A stretch of DNA of 64,000 nucleotides, from positions 81,902,001 through 81,966,000 of the forward strand of contig NC_043006.1 of assembly GCF_006345805.1 (NCBI RefSeq). The letters run 5' to 3'. The stretch comes from Octopus sinensis (lineage: Eukaryota). The notes below the pieces were generated by a model, which was not told the origin of the DNA, made no database searches, and saw nothing but the letters and a program-made list of their open reading frames with translations. The position numbers were made by a program, and so were the translations under genes. Shown here piece after piece: positions 37,860 to 52,350 of the stretch (positions are counted from its first letter, which is position 1; every line of letters begins with the position of its first letter).

Positions 37860-38103
37860 CTTTTTAAAGCCTAGCCAGGCTCATGGGCCCGGTTTCCCAG
37901 TTTCTATGGCGTATGTGTTCCCCAGCTGGACGGGATGCCAGTCCATCACAGCGTTACTCATTTTTGCCAGCTGAGTGGACTGGAGCAATGTGAAATGAAG
38001 TGTTTTGCTCAAGAATACAACGCGTCGCCCAGTCCAGGAATCGAAACCACAATCTTATGATCATGGTGCTGACACCCTAACCACTAAGCCACGTGCCTCC
38101 ACT
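37860..38103 (-). mobile_element. tRNA-derived SINE (family C-related variant)
   Basis: Minus-strand head GTGGAGGCACGTGGCTTAGTGGTTAGGGTG, B box GGTTTCGATTCC. Confidence 0.75.
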
Positions 38104-39136
38104 GAGGCCTTGTATACATGTTAGGAAATTTATATCACATCAAAGAATGATAATTTGAATTCAGAATGTAAAAATGGCTGAAAAGATGCTCAGTATTTTG
38201 CCCAGCAAGATTACAATTCTGCTCGTTTGACAACTTAATGATAGTAATAACAATTTCAAATTTTGGTACAAGGCCAAGAAGGTCAGGGAAGTGAGTAAGT
38301 CAATTACATTGACTCCAGTACTCAACTGGTACTCATCTTCATAGTCATCATTATTCAACATTATTACCATCATTGTTGTCAGCATCATCATCTTAACATC
38401 CACTTTTTTGTGGTAGTATGGATCAGATGGAATCTGTTGAGTCAGATTTTCTACAGCTGGATGCAGTTTCCTATCAGCAAACCTCACCTGTTACCAAATA
38501 AGATTATAATCTCCTAATTTATCGATCAACAAAATAGCCTGGACACACTTAAGAGTCTCTCTTGTTTACAAAGATTGCACAACATCTTAAGATATGCCAA
38601 GAAGACCAAAGAAGCTTTTGTGGTTGATAGTAAATATATGATACTACTGCTTGTATTGATAGTGAGGCTGTTGCTTTGTTTACAGATACTGAACATGTAA
38701 AAGCAGGGAGAAAACACACACACACGCACGCACACACACACACACACACACACACCACACACACACACACACAATTTCTACCAACCTATTTCCCTCACGA
38801 GGAGGCTCTAGTATAGAATGTTAGCCAACAAAATTCACACAGTGGGACTGAACCCCTTACCATGTGGTTCTGAAGCAAACTTCTTAGTCACAAAGCCATC
38901 CATGTCTTTGCCATACCTTTACCTATGTATACGTTTATTTGTTCTCTGAGACAGTCCCAGAGTGAATGCCTTTTGCATTCTTGTATGCAGAAATGTGTTA
39001 GATATAAAAGTACACATCATTAATTTGATGCTCACCACTTTGTGTGCTTATACTGAACACTGGATCATGTAAATCAGGACATACTATACTTTAAAAAAAA
39101 AGAGAGTTGAGACGGTCATGGTTGGAATGCCTTTAA

Positions 39137-39357
39137 CCCTTTTGTTACCATATTTCTGTTGAGATGCTCTGTGTTTCTTTCAATTATTTAAAATATAACA
39201 AAGAATTTAGTAAAATAACTTTGTTATCATTAAGCTAGTGTTAGGAACATAAATTGCGTATAAGATTTGGTGGAAGATTTTAATTCAAAACTTCTGAAAA
39301 CAAGACATTTATGCTACAGAGCCAGAGCTGGTTTCAGCCGGGTTGGTAACGAAAGGG
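39137..39357 (+). mobile_element. piggyBac-type MITE, 221 bp, perfect TTAA TSD
   Basis: TTAA|CCCTTTTGTTACC ... GGTAACGAAAGGG|TTAA; reverse copy at 56583-56796. Confidence 0.88.
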
Positions 39358-40105
39358 TTAATCATAGACCTGCTCAATCAAGATTTACTTGGGGTTAAAC
39401 AGCAAGAGTAGCTAATGATTTCAGGGTAACTCAGTTAACTTAATTGAATTTAGCCCTTTTTTTTCTAATTTTCAGAAACAGGCTGTCACATTTTATTGAC
39501 TTTTCTATTCCTTATGTATATTTACACACAAACACAGCAAGAGTAAAACTCTAAACATTAACAATCAACTCCTACCACTACCACTAAAGTACATCCCACT
39601 ATCTTTAAAAAAATTGAAGGCTATTTGCATAGTGTAATCCTAAATACAATATATCAGCAAAAAAATATGAAATAAAATTGTCACAGCTGGAACATCTCTG
39701 TCCAATCAGCAGCCTAGCTCAACGACAACATCACAAATACTCTCAATTTAAACATAAACACAATATGCAAATCAGTTTATTTGGTTTCTAAGAAACAAAA
39801 AACAAAAATAAAATTTCACATACAAACATTTTGAAAATATTATATCTAGTTTACGAAGCAAACAAGGACAAGGTGCAGCTACACAGTTCAACATTTGCAT
39901 GTGGTTTGTTGGAACAGCTAATGTTTTATACATTCACTTGTGAGCCCATGCTATCAATAACGGTAGCAAATATATTTAGCTTACTTAAAAATATTGAAAA
40001 TAATTATGAAATGAGGTTAAAATGCAGAAAATTTTATTCAATTGTAGCAGTAGATATTTGAAATATATTTATTTGTACAATAGTAAACATGTGCAATAGT
40101 ACAAT

Positions 40106-40400
40106 GTGAAGGTGCATGGCTCAGTGGCTACAGCATTGGGCTCACAATCATGAGGTAGTGAGTTCGATTCTTGGACCAGGCTGTGTGTTATGTTTTTGAG
40201 CAAGACACTTTATTTTATGTTGCTCCAGTCCACTCAGCCGTGGAAACAAGTTGTGATGTCACTGGTGCCAAGCTGTATGGTCATTGTTGTTCCCTTAGAT
40301 AACATTGGTGGAAGGACTGGTGAGCCCAGACTTATGCCTCAGAGGGGAATTTTCTAGGTGCAAACCCATGACCATTCATGACCAAAGGAGATCTTTGCTC
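40106..40400 (+). mobile_element. SINE family C
   Basis: Homologous to 60176-60508. Confidence 0.8.
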
Positions 40401-40752
40401 TTTTAGTAAACAAGGCAGATAACTCTAATATGACTGAAATATATAAATACACAATGGTATTTATTATAAGAGTGATAGTTTATTCAGCATTAATGTTTTG
40501 GTTTTAGTAGTAATCAATAAAATTGATAGTGGGTTGGGCAAGATATCTTGTGGTATTTAGTTATCTCCCTTTACATGCAGAATACAAATCTCAATAATGT
40601 TCATACTTTCCCTTTCACACTTTTGAAATTAATAAAATAGGTTACCCATCAAGAGCTGGGGTTCATGTAAACGGATATATACACCACCCACCACCCACAT
40701 CATGTGAGGGCCTAATGCCAACGTTTGAAATCAATACTAATGATTTAGACAA

Positions 40753-40985
40753 GGCGGAGAGCTGGCAGAATTGTTAGCATGCCAGGCGAAATGCTTAGCT
40801 GTATTTCGTCTGCTGTTACGTTCTGAGTTCAAATTCCGCCGAGGTCGACTTTGCCTTTCATCCTCTCGGGGTCAATAAATTAAGTACCAGTTATGAACCG
40901 GGGTCGATGTAATCAACTTAATCCCTATGTCTGTCCTTGTTTGTTCCCTCTATGTTTAGCCCCTTGTGGGCAATAAAGAAATAAG
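40753..40985 (+). mobile_element. SINE family B (full length), followed by a decayed copy to ~41195
   Basis: Homologous to 897-1115. Confidence 0.85.
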
Positions 40986-41532
40986 ATTTGTGAGCACAAC
41001 TAGCAAAAGGCTTAGTGACATAGCTTTGGTCTTTATGTCCTGAGTTCAAATTCCGCTGAGGTTGACTTTGCCTTTCATCCTTTCCTTTCAGGATCAATGA
41101 CAGTAGTACCAGTTGCAGACTGGGGCCAATGTAATCAACTAGCCCCACCCCACCAAAAAAATTTTTCAGGCATTGTGCCTATAATAGAAAGGAATATCAA
41201 AATAATATATTAAGGTCTTTTTGTATTATCACAACTATTACTGACAGTAAGTGGCAGAAAGAGCAAGCATTGTACAGCCAAACAGTCACTCCTATGCCTA
41301 TTCATTATATATATTGTTTCCAGTATAAATTAATATTATTAAGAAATATTACCGGTCCCTGGTACATTGGAAAAAAAAACTGCCAGTACACCGCATGAGA
41401 TAGTTTGAGAAACACTGACCTACAGTACTTATTCTTTATAACACTGGTATGTATTCAAACAACTGTTGTCAAACAGTGGAGGAGACAAACACAAGGACAT
41501 GCATATATATACACACATGCATACACAAGCAT

Positions 41533-41570
<38 letters not shown>

Positions 41571-42968
41571 CAGGCTTCCACACAGTTTCTACTTACCAAA
41601 TTTACTCACAAGGCATTGGTTGGCCTGGGGCTATTGCAGAAAATGCTTGCCGAAGGTGGCATGCAGTGGGACTGAACCTGAAACTAATGATTGTGAAGTG
41701 AACCTTGCATATGTGTGAGTATGAGAGAGAGAGGTAAGTTATCATTCCAGATTACACACACTGTGGTTGTACACCTTAATAAAAATGCTTGCACAGCTGA
41801 CAATCATTGTGTATCAGTCTATAAATAAGATACATACTCCTCTCATGTCTTGTGAGTGGTTAGGGTGTTGGACTTACGGTTGTAAGATTGTGGTTTCGAT
41901 TTCTGGATCAGGTGAGGCATTGTGTTCTTGAGGAAAACACTTCATTTCATGTTGCTCCATTCCAGTCACCTGTAGAAATGAGTACCATGAGTGGAGGCAC
42001 ATCACTTAGGGGTTAGGGTGTTGGATTCACAACCATAAGATTGTGGTTTCGATTCTTGAACAGGGCAATCCATTGTGTTCTTGAGCAAAATGCTTCATTT
42101 CATGTTGCTCCTGTTCACTCAGCTGCAGAAATGAGTTTAGCCTGGAGAGGGATGGGCTCTGCTAGGCTTTCTTGTCCTAGATATGCTGCATGGTTGCGGT
42201 GCCCCAAAGACTCCGAAGGAGTTAAGGGACTTGTTATTGTCATGTTAGGTTTCTACAATCTTTCCAAAACGATTAACAATAGACATAGGACTGAATCCCA
42301 ATCATGGCTGCCATAGCATTAAGCATATGTGAGAGAAATTTGCACCTACACAAGAAACCTGTCTATTGCAAGTTGACTTTCCACAGAAACTTGTTTGATA
42401 ACCAGACAGTGGTCAGATGAACAGAGGTAATGTAGAACATAGTATCCAGTGCTCCAGGTTCAGTTAGACCACACAGCACCTTGGGCAAATATCACAGCCC
42501 TTGGGCAAATATCACAGCCCTTGGGCAAATGTCGCAGCCTCAGTGGGTTAACAACACAGACCTAATATGCTACCCACTTAGCAAGGAAATATTGTCTCTC
42601 CTACAACTTATTTTCAGAAACAATGGAGAATCAAAACAAATATTATTGTCTTTGATTCCATGAGAATTGCTATATAAATTGATTTATTCGTAACACGTAC
42701 AAGTGCAACAACTTGAAGACAGTAATATTAAATAAGATGACATGTAATAAAACAAAATACATGACTTTCTTTTTTGTCACTTGGAGCTAAACTGCCGGGT
42801 TTTTAATCTCCAAAGGATCTCAAAATAAATAACTAACTTGCTGCTGATGTAAAGAAACCACCAATGCTATTTCTTTTCAGCATAGTACAGATAAACACAT
42901 ATGTACACACACATCATCATCATCACCACCACAACCACAACCACCACTGCTACCATCACCATCACCAA

Positions 42969-43006
<38 letters not shown>

Positions 43007-43091
43007 GAAACTCTTTTCTCCCGAGGATAGATTTCATGATTTTGTAAATTATAAAAATGGAAACTATCTACACACACAACTCTCCTGAATC

Positions 43092-43165
<74 letters not shown>

Positions 43166-43755
43166 CTCTATACGGAGTGAGAGAGAGAAATATATATATA
43201 TATATACATATATATAAAAACAAGTAGTCACATATATAAATGTATACATGTATGAATATAGATGAGTGTGTGTGCATGCATGCTTATGTGCGCACTCCTT
43301 CTCCATATATATATATATATAGACATATATATGGAGGGAGAAAAAGATCACTAGATAGAGTGAGAGAGATATGAATATATGTATACATTTAAATGTATTA
43401 TGCACGCATACACACACGCACACACATATCTATATTCATGCATGCATGCATGTATGCAATTTAGGCAACCAAGTTGCTAGGGTAGAAAATCAACAATTCA
43501 AAAGAATTCAGTTCTAATTACAGAGTAGGTATGATTTATTCATATTTTTCTTGAAAATGTGATTTCTTCTTTTTCAGCTATTAACAGCATTCCCTATATA
43601 TGTGTATGCTAAGAAAGTAGATTTAAATATATCATTAAATTTCAATTATGCCATCCTATAGGAATGCAATGAAAGAGATGTATAAAAAATATATAAGCAT
43701 TTTTATGCATAGCATATTTCAAAATTTAGTGTATAAAAATATAAGTCTCTGTGAC

Positions 43756-43804
<49 letters not shown>

Positions 43805-43947
43805 TAACATTGATAATGAGGATGGTGGATGCAGTGGTAATGCCAATTTCTCACAGTGCCATAAGAACATGCAAAGAACAAAATCACAATATAATTGACT
43901 AGTTAACAGAACACACACACACACATGTACATATATATATATATATC

Positions 43948-44302
43948 TTTATTTGTTTCAGTCATTTGACTGTGGTCATGCTGGAGCACCACCTTTAGTT
44001 GAGCAAATCGACCCCAGGACTTATTCTTTGTAAGCCTAGTACTTATTCTATCGGTCTCTTTTGCCGAACCATTAAGTTACAGGGACGTAAACACACCACC
44101 ATCGGTTGTCAAGCACAGACACAAACACATACATATATATACAACGGGCTTCTTTCAGTTTCTGTCTACCAAATCCACTGACAAGGGTTTGGTTGGCCCA
44201 AGGCTATAGAAGACACTTGTCCAAGGTGCCACACAGAGGGACTGAACCCGGAACCATGTGGTTCATAAGCAAATTATTTACCACACAGCCACTCCTATGC
44301 CT
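43948..44302 (-). mobile_element. SINE family A
   Basis: Reverse complement of 261-665 with a short internal deletion. Confidence 0.85.
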
Positions 44303-44427
44303 ATATATATATATATCCACATACATACATATGTATAATACACATGCATGCCAACATGCAAACTTTAATATGTGCGTGTGTATATATACATATGTATACA
44401 CATATAGTGAATATATGCTGAGATATG

Positions 44428-44880
44428 GATGTTGAAATCTCAAATAGCATAAGAGCAAGATGGAAGGCACTTAACTCAATAAAGGATGCACTCCAAACAA
44501 AGGTAGACAATGCTATATGAACCAGAATCATCAATAACATCATCCTACCTTCACTTCTATATGCAAGGGAGATGTGGGCTACTACAGAGAGGACAGAACA
44601 TCGATTGGCTATGATGCAAAGGGCCATGGAAAGACCTATGCTAGGAACATCACTTAAGACAGCTCATCCGAAATGAGATGTTTTGAAAATGAAGTGGAGT
44701 GAACAATATGATATACAAGAAATCGGAAAAGGCTACTTGGAAGGCATCCAAGATGCGGGGAAGACAATTTAGTCAAGCAATTTGGGTCAAAATGGAAATG
44801 AATGGTGCAATCAAGACAAAATTGGAAGCGCATTATGACCAGCAGTGTATAACAGCATCTGATGACCTGGTCAATACTGT
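44428..44880 (+). pseudogene. Decayed C-terminal fragment of a second RTE lineage
   Basis: Translation VEISNSIRARWKALNSIKDALQTK...ILPSLLYAREMWATTERTEHRLAMMQRAMERPMLG has RTE-type LP.LLY.SETW and QRAMER.MLG motifs, distinct from the 2.8-6.9 kb family. Confidence 0.75.
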
Positions 44881-45144
44881 GATATATATATAGGTGCAGG
44901 AGTGGCTTTGTGATAAGAAGCTTGCTTCCCAACCACATGGTTCCAGGTTCAGTCCCACGGTATGGCATGGGCAAGTGTCTTCTACTATAGCCTCGGGCCG
45001 ACCAAAGCTCTGTGAGTGGATTTGGTAGGCAGAAACTGAAATAAACTTGTCAGATATATATATGACAACTGATAACTAAAATAACTAAAACCTTCAAGAA
45101 TGTTCTTGTATTTTATGGAAAAGAAAAAACGAAAAATTTTAAAA

Positions 45145-45551
45145 TCTTTATATATAAAAGTGAAGTTGTGTGTCTGTCTCCTACGATTTAGATTCCTAAC
45201 TACTCCCACATTTTGCAGTGCAGTTTAACCAAAACCGGGTATCTTATAGTCGTGATTCATATCGAGCCCTTCTGGGTATTAGCGAGCGTCTACGATGAGT
45301 CTACGATTTTAAAAATAATTTACCATCATTTTTTTCCATTTTAACGCATTTTTTCGCTATTATATAAGGGAAGTAACTCTCTAAAAATGTCTACGATGAG
45401 TCAACGATTTTTAAAAAAATTTACCAAAATTTACCATCATTTTTTTTCATTTTTAATGCATTTTTTTGCTATTTTTTGGCTATGACTCTCTAAAAATGCT
45501 TATATAGTTATTTCCCTTACAAACCCGAGCAACGCTGGGCGATACTGCTAG
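45145..45551 (+). mobile_element. Non-autonomous Helitron, 407 bp
   Basis: A|TCTTTATATATAAAAG start, subterminal hairpin CCCGAGCAACGCTGGG (45524-45539), CTAG|T end; internal ~100-bp duplication. Confidence 0.8.
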
Positions 45552-45844
45552 TTAGAAATAAAATTATGCATCTTCTTGAACTTAGCTTAGTTTAACCTAG
45601 AAGAGATTCTCTCTTCTATAATGGTAAATCACCACCTGAAGCAAACCATGCATTGCCAATAATAGACCTATCTGTTATAAAATAGAATGAAATTTCCAAG
45701 CTCACAAGAGAACCTCTACATGGCTGCTGAAGCTGCAAGGAAAAACAACCAAATCACTCAAATCTCTCCATCTACCACACAGCCTTTTAGAAGAAAAAAT
45801 ATAAGCCTAAGATGAGGCAGTTCTGGGTCAGTTGCACATAGGAA

Positions 45845-48800
45845 AACAACAGGTTGATCATGGCTGGAATGCCTTTGATCATAGGTCTAATGCTAGATAG
45901 TAACAAGAACGAGAACAATACCAAGGATGACAACACCAACAATAGCAATAACATCAACAACAGGTTGATCATGGCTGGAATGCCTTTGATCATAGGTCTA
46001 ATGCTAGATAGTAACAAGAACGAGAACAATACCAAGGATGACAACACCAACAATAGCAATAACATCAACAACAGGTTGATCATGGCTGGAATGCCTTTGA
46101 TCATAGGTCTAATGCTAGATAGTAACAAGAACAATACCAAGGATGACAACACCAACAATAGCAATAACATCAACAACAGTTTAATCATGGCTGGAATGCC
46201 TTTGATCATAGGTCTAATGCTAGATAGTAACAAGAACGAGAACAATACCAAGGATGACAACACCAACAATAGCAATAACATCAACAACAGGTTGATCATG
46301 GCTGAAATGCCTTTGATCATAGGTCTAATGCTAGATAGTAACAAGAACGAGAACAATACCAAGGATGACAACACCAACAATAGCAATAACATCAACAACA
46401 GGTTGATCATGGCTGGAATGCCTTTGATCATAGGTCTAATGCTAGATAGTAACAAGAACAATACCAAGGATGACACACCAACAATAGCAATAACATCAAC
46501 AACAGGTTGATCATGGCTGGAATGCCTTTGATCATAGGTCTAATGCTAGATAGTAACAAGAACGAGAACAATACCAAGGATGACAACACCAACAATAGCA
46601 ATAACATCAACAACAGTTTAATCATGGCTGGAATGCCTTTGATCATAGGTCTAATGCTAGATAGTAACAAGAACGAGAACAATACCAAGGATGACAACAC
46701 CAACAATAGCATAACATCAACAACAGGTTGATCATGGCTGGAATGCCTTTGATCATAGGTCTAATGCTAGATAGTAACAAGAACAATACCAAGGATGACA
46801 ACACCAACAATAGCAATAACATCAACAACAGTTAATCATGGCTGGAATGCCTTTGATCATAGGTCTAATGCTAGATAGTAACAAGAACGAGAACAATACC
46901 AAGGATGACACACCAACAATAGCAATAACATCAACACAGGTTGATCATGGCTGAAATGCCTTTGATCATAGGTCTAATGCTAGATAGTAACAAGAACGAG
47001 AACAATACCAAGGATGACAACACCAACAATAGCAATAACATCAACAACAGGTTGATCATGGCTGGAATGCCTTTGATCATAGGTCTAATGCTAGATAGTA
47101 ACAAGAACAATACCAAGGATGACAACACCAACAATAGCAATAACATCAACAACAGGTTGATCATGGCTGGAATGCCTTTGATCATAGGTCTAATGCTAGA
47201 TAGTAACAAGAACGAGAACAATACCAAGGATGACAACACCAACAATAGCAATAACATCAACAACAGTTTAATCATGGCTGGAATGCCTTTGATCATAGGT
47301 CTAATGCTAGATAGTAACAAGAACGAGAACAATACCAAGGATGACAACACCAACAATAGCAATAACATCAACAACAGTTTAATCATGGCTGGAATGCCTT
47401 TGATCATAGGTCTAATGCTAGATAGTAACAAGAACGAGAACAATACCAAGGATGACAACACCAACAATAGCAATAACATCAACAACAGTTTAATCATGGC
47501 TGGAATGCCTTTGATCATAGGTCTAATGCTAGATAGTAACAAGAACGAGAACAATACCAAGGATGACAACACCAACAATAGCAATAACATCAACAACAGG
47601 TTGATCATGGCTGGAATGCCTTTGATCATAGGTCTATGCTAGATAGTAACAAGAACGAGAACAATACCAAGGATGACAACACCAACAATAGCAATAACAT
47701 CAACAACAGTTTAATCATGGCTGGAATGCCTTTGATCATAGGTCTAATGCTAGATAGTAACAAGAACGAGAACAATACCAAGGATGACAACACCAACAAT
47801 AGCAATAACATCAACAACAGTTTAATCATGGCTGGAATGCCTTTGATCATAGGTCTAATGCTAGATAGTAACAAGAACGAGAACAATACCAAGGATGACA
47901 ACACCAACAATAGCAATAACATCAACAACAGGTTGATCATGGCTGGAATGCCTTTGATCATAGGTCTAATGCTAGATAGTAACAAGAACGAGAACAATAC
48001 CAAGGATGACAACACCAACAATAGCAATAACATCAACAACAGGTTGATCATGGCTGGAATGCCTTTGATCATAGGTCTAATGCTAGATAGTAACAAGAAC
48101 GAGAACAATACCAAGGATGACAACACCAACAATAGCAATAACATCAACAACAGGTTGATCATGGCTGAAATGCCTTTGATCATAGGTCTAATGCTAGATA
48201 GTAACAAGAACGAGAACAATACCAAGGATGACAACACAACAATAGCAATAACATCAACAACAGTTTAATCATGGCTGGAATGCCTTTGATCATAGGTCTA
48301 ATGCTAGATAGTAACAGAACGAGAACAATACCAAGGATGACAACACCAACAATAGCAATAACATCAACAACAGTTTAATCATGGCTGGAATGCCTTTGAT
48401 CATAGGTCTAATGCTAGATAGTAACAAGAACGAGAACAATACCAAGGATGACAACACCAACAATAGCAATAACATCAACAACAGGTTGATCATGGCTGGA
48501 ATGCCTTTGATCATAGGTCTAATGCTAGATAGTAACAAGAACGAGAACAATACCAAGGATGACAACACAAACAATAGCAATAACATCAACAACAGGTTGA
48601 TCATGGCTGGAATGCCTTTGATCATAGGTCTAATGCTAGATAGTAACAAGAACGAGAACAATACCAAGGATGACAACACCAACAATAGCAATAACATCAA
48701 CAACAGGTTGATCATGGCTGAAATGCCTTTGATCATAGGTCTAATGCTAGATAGTAACAAGAACGAGAACAATACCAAGGATGACAACACCAACAATAGC

Positions 48801-51475
48801 AATAACATCAACAACAGGTTGATCATGGCTGGAATGCCTTTGATCATAGGTCTAATGCTAGATAGTAACAAGAACGAGAACAATACCAAGGATGACAACA
48901 CCAACAATAGCAATAACATCAACAACAGGTTGATCATGGCTGGAATGCCTTTGATCATAGGTCTAATGCTAGATAGTAACAAGAACGAGAACAATACCAA
49001 GGATGACAACACCAACAATAGCAATAACATCAACAACAGTTTAATCATGGCTGGAATGCCTTTGATCATAGGTCTAATGCTAGATAGTAACAAGAACGAG
49101 AACAATACCAAGGATGACAACACCAACAATAGCAATAACATCAACAACAGGTTGATCATGGCTGAAATGCCTTTGATCATAGGTCTAATGCTAGATAGTA
49201 ACAAGAACGAGAACAATACCAAGGATGACAACACCAACAATAGCAATAACATCAACAACAGGTTGATCATGGCTGAAATGCCTTTGATCATAGGTCTAAT
49301 GCTAGATAGTAACAAGAACGAGAACAATACCAAGATGACAACACCAACAATAGCAATAACATCAACAACAGGTTGATCATGGCTGGAATGCCTTTGATCA
49401 TAGGTCTAATGCTAGATAGTAACAAGAACGAGAACAATACCAAGGATGACAACACCAACAATAGCAATAACATCAACAACAGGTTGATCATGGCTGAAAT
49501 GCCTTTGATCATAGGTCTAATGCTAGATAGTAACAAGAACGAGAACAATACCAAGGATGACAACACCAACAATAGCAATAACATCAACACAGGTTGATCA
49601 TGGCTGAAATGCCTTTGATCATAGGTCTAATGCTAGATAGTAACAAGAACGAGAACAATACCAAGGATGACAACACCAACAATAGCAATAACATCAACAA
49701 CAGGTTGATCATGGCTGGAATGCCTTTGATCATAGGTCTAATGCTAGATAGTAACAAGAACGAGAACAATACCAAGGATGACAACACCAACAATAGCAAT
49801 AACATCAACAACAGGTTGATCATGGCTGGAATGCCTTTGATCATAGGTCTAATGCTAGATAGTAACAAGAACGAGAACAATACCAAGGATGACAACACCA
49901 ACAATAGCAATAACATCAACAACAGGTTGATCATGGCTGAAATGCCTTTGATCATAGGTCTAATGCTAGATAGTAACAAGAACGAGAACAATACCAAGGA
50001 TGACAACACCAACAATAGCAATAACATCAACAACAGGTTGATCATGGCTGAAATGCCTTTGATCATAGGTCTAATGCTAGATAGTAACAAGAACGAGAAC
50101 AATACCAAGGATGACAACACCAACAATAGCAATAACATCAACAACAGGTTGATCATGGCTGGAATGCCTTTGATCATAGGTCTAATGCTAGATAGTAACA
50201 GAACAATACCAAGGATGACAACACCAACAATAGCAATAACATCAACAACAGTTTAATCATGGCTGGAATGCCTTTGATCATAGGTCTAATGCTAGATAGT
50301 AACAAGAACGAGAACAATACCAAGGATGACAACACCAACAATAGCAATAACATCAACAACAGGTTGATCATGGCTGAAATGCCTTTGATCATAGGTCTAA
50401 TGCTAGATAGTAACAAGAACGAGAACAATACCAAGGATGACAACACCAACAATAGCAATAACATCAACAACAGGTTGATCATGGCTGAAATGCCTTTGAT
50501 CATAGGTCTAATGCTAGATAGTAACAAGAACGAGAACAATACCAAGGATGACAACACCAACAATAGCAATAACATCAACAACAGGTTGATCATGGCTGAA
50601 ATGCCTTTGATCATAGGTCTAATGCTAGATAGTAACAAGAACGAGAACAATACCAAGGATGACAACACCAACAATAGCAATAACATCAACAACAGGTTGA
50701 TCATGGCTGAAATGCCTTTGATCATAGGTCTAATGCTAGATAGTAACAAGAACGAGAACAATACCAAGGATGACAACACCAACAATAGCAATAACATCAT
50801 CAACAACAGGTTGATCATGGCTGAAATGCCTTTGATCATAGGTCTAATGCTAGATAGTAACAAGAACGAGAACAATACCAAGGATGACAACACCACAACA
50901 ATAGCAATACACAACAACAGGTTGATCATGGCTGAAATGCCTTTGATCATAGGTCTAATGCTAGATAGTAACAAGAACGAGAACAATACCAAGGATGACA
51001 ACACCAACAATAGCAATAACATCAACAACAGGTTGATCATGGCTGAAATGCCTTTGATCATAGGTCTAATGCTAGATAGTAACAAGAACGAGAACAATAC
51101 CAAGGATGACAACACACCAACAATAGCAATAACATCAACAACAGGTTGATCATGGCTGGAATGCCTTTGATCATAGGTCTAATGCTAGATAGTAACAAGA
51201 ACGAGAACAATACCAAGGATGACAACACCAACAATAGCAATAACATCAACAACAGGTTGATCATGGCTGGAATGCCTTTGATCATAGGTCTAATGCTAGA
51301 TAGTAACAAGAACGAGAACAATACCAAGGATGACAACACCAACAATAGCAATAACATCAACAACAGGTTGATCATGGTTGGAATGCCTTTGATCATAGGT
51401 CTAATGCTAGATAGTAACAAGAACGAGAACAATACCAAGGATGACAACACCAACAATAGCAATAACATCAACAAC
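45845..51475. repeat. 111-bp minisatellite, ~51 copies
   Basis: Unit GGTTGATCATGGCTGGAATGCCTTTGATCATAGGTCTAATGCTAGATAG plus degenerate AAC/AAT triplets; AACAAC microhomology at both ends. Confidence 0.97.
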
Positions 51476-52029
51476 GACAACAACATCATCAAAAATAATA
51501 AATGCAAATGCAGCTCAATTCTATTTCAATTCATTTAAAATCTAATTCACAGAAAATTAGCAAGGGAATTGAGTGAGTTAGTGTTGCACAAATAAATGTA
51601 TTTAGAGAAAAAAAAAAAACAAAACAAATATGAAAAAGTAAAAATTTTTAAAGAGCAAAAAAGCAAAAAAGAAAAGTTATTAGATTAAACTAAACATCAA
51701 ACTGAGTTAGATCCTACTTCAAGATAAGTAACAAAAAATAAATTACAAAATGTAGAGCTGCACAGTTTCATCACCAACACCACCACCACCATCATCATCA
51801 TCATTGTTGTTGTTGTTTAATGCCTGCAATCCATGCTGCCATGGGTTAGGCGGTGTGACAGGAGCCAGCCAGTTAGAAGACTACACCAGACTACAGTATC
51901 TGCTTTGACATGGATTTTATGGCTGGATGCACTTAATAACACCAACTACCCCACAGAATTTGTGTTTAAAAGATTATTCTCTATGCATGTATGTATGTGT
52001 GTGTGGTGTGTGTGTATACATATACATAT

Positions 52030-52091
<62 letters not shown>

Positions 52092-52308
52092 AAATAATGT
52101 GACAATTATTCAGTAGCCATCAGATAACCAAAGAGATGGTGGTGTGGATTCCATCTTGGCATCCGAAACTCAGAGTTTTATCTTGGCTACTGAATAATTG
52201 TCACATATTATTTTACAGATAAATTCCTCTATTTACATAATATTGAGGTCTCTTTCTTTCTTTTGTTATCTTACCGTTTTTACCAATATATATGGTATTG
52301 TGTGTATA

Positions 52309-52350
<42 letters not shown>

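Noticed and set aside
45787-51538. Long repetitive ORFs on both strands as a real protein-coding gene
   Set aside because: They are a by-product of a 111-bp unit lacking stops; frames break repeatedly, no splice signals or unique flanking coding sequence were found, and the unit derives from a repeat.
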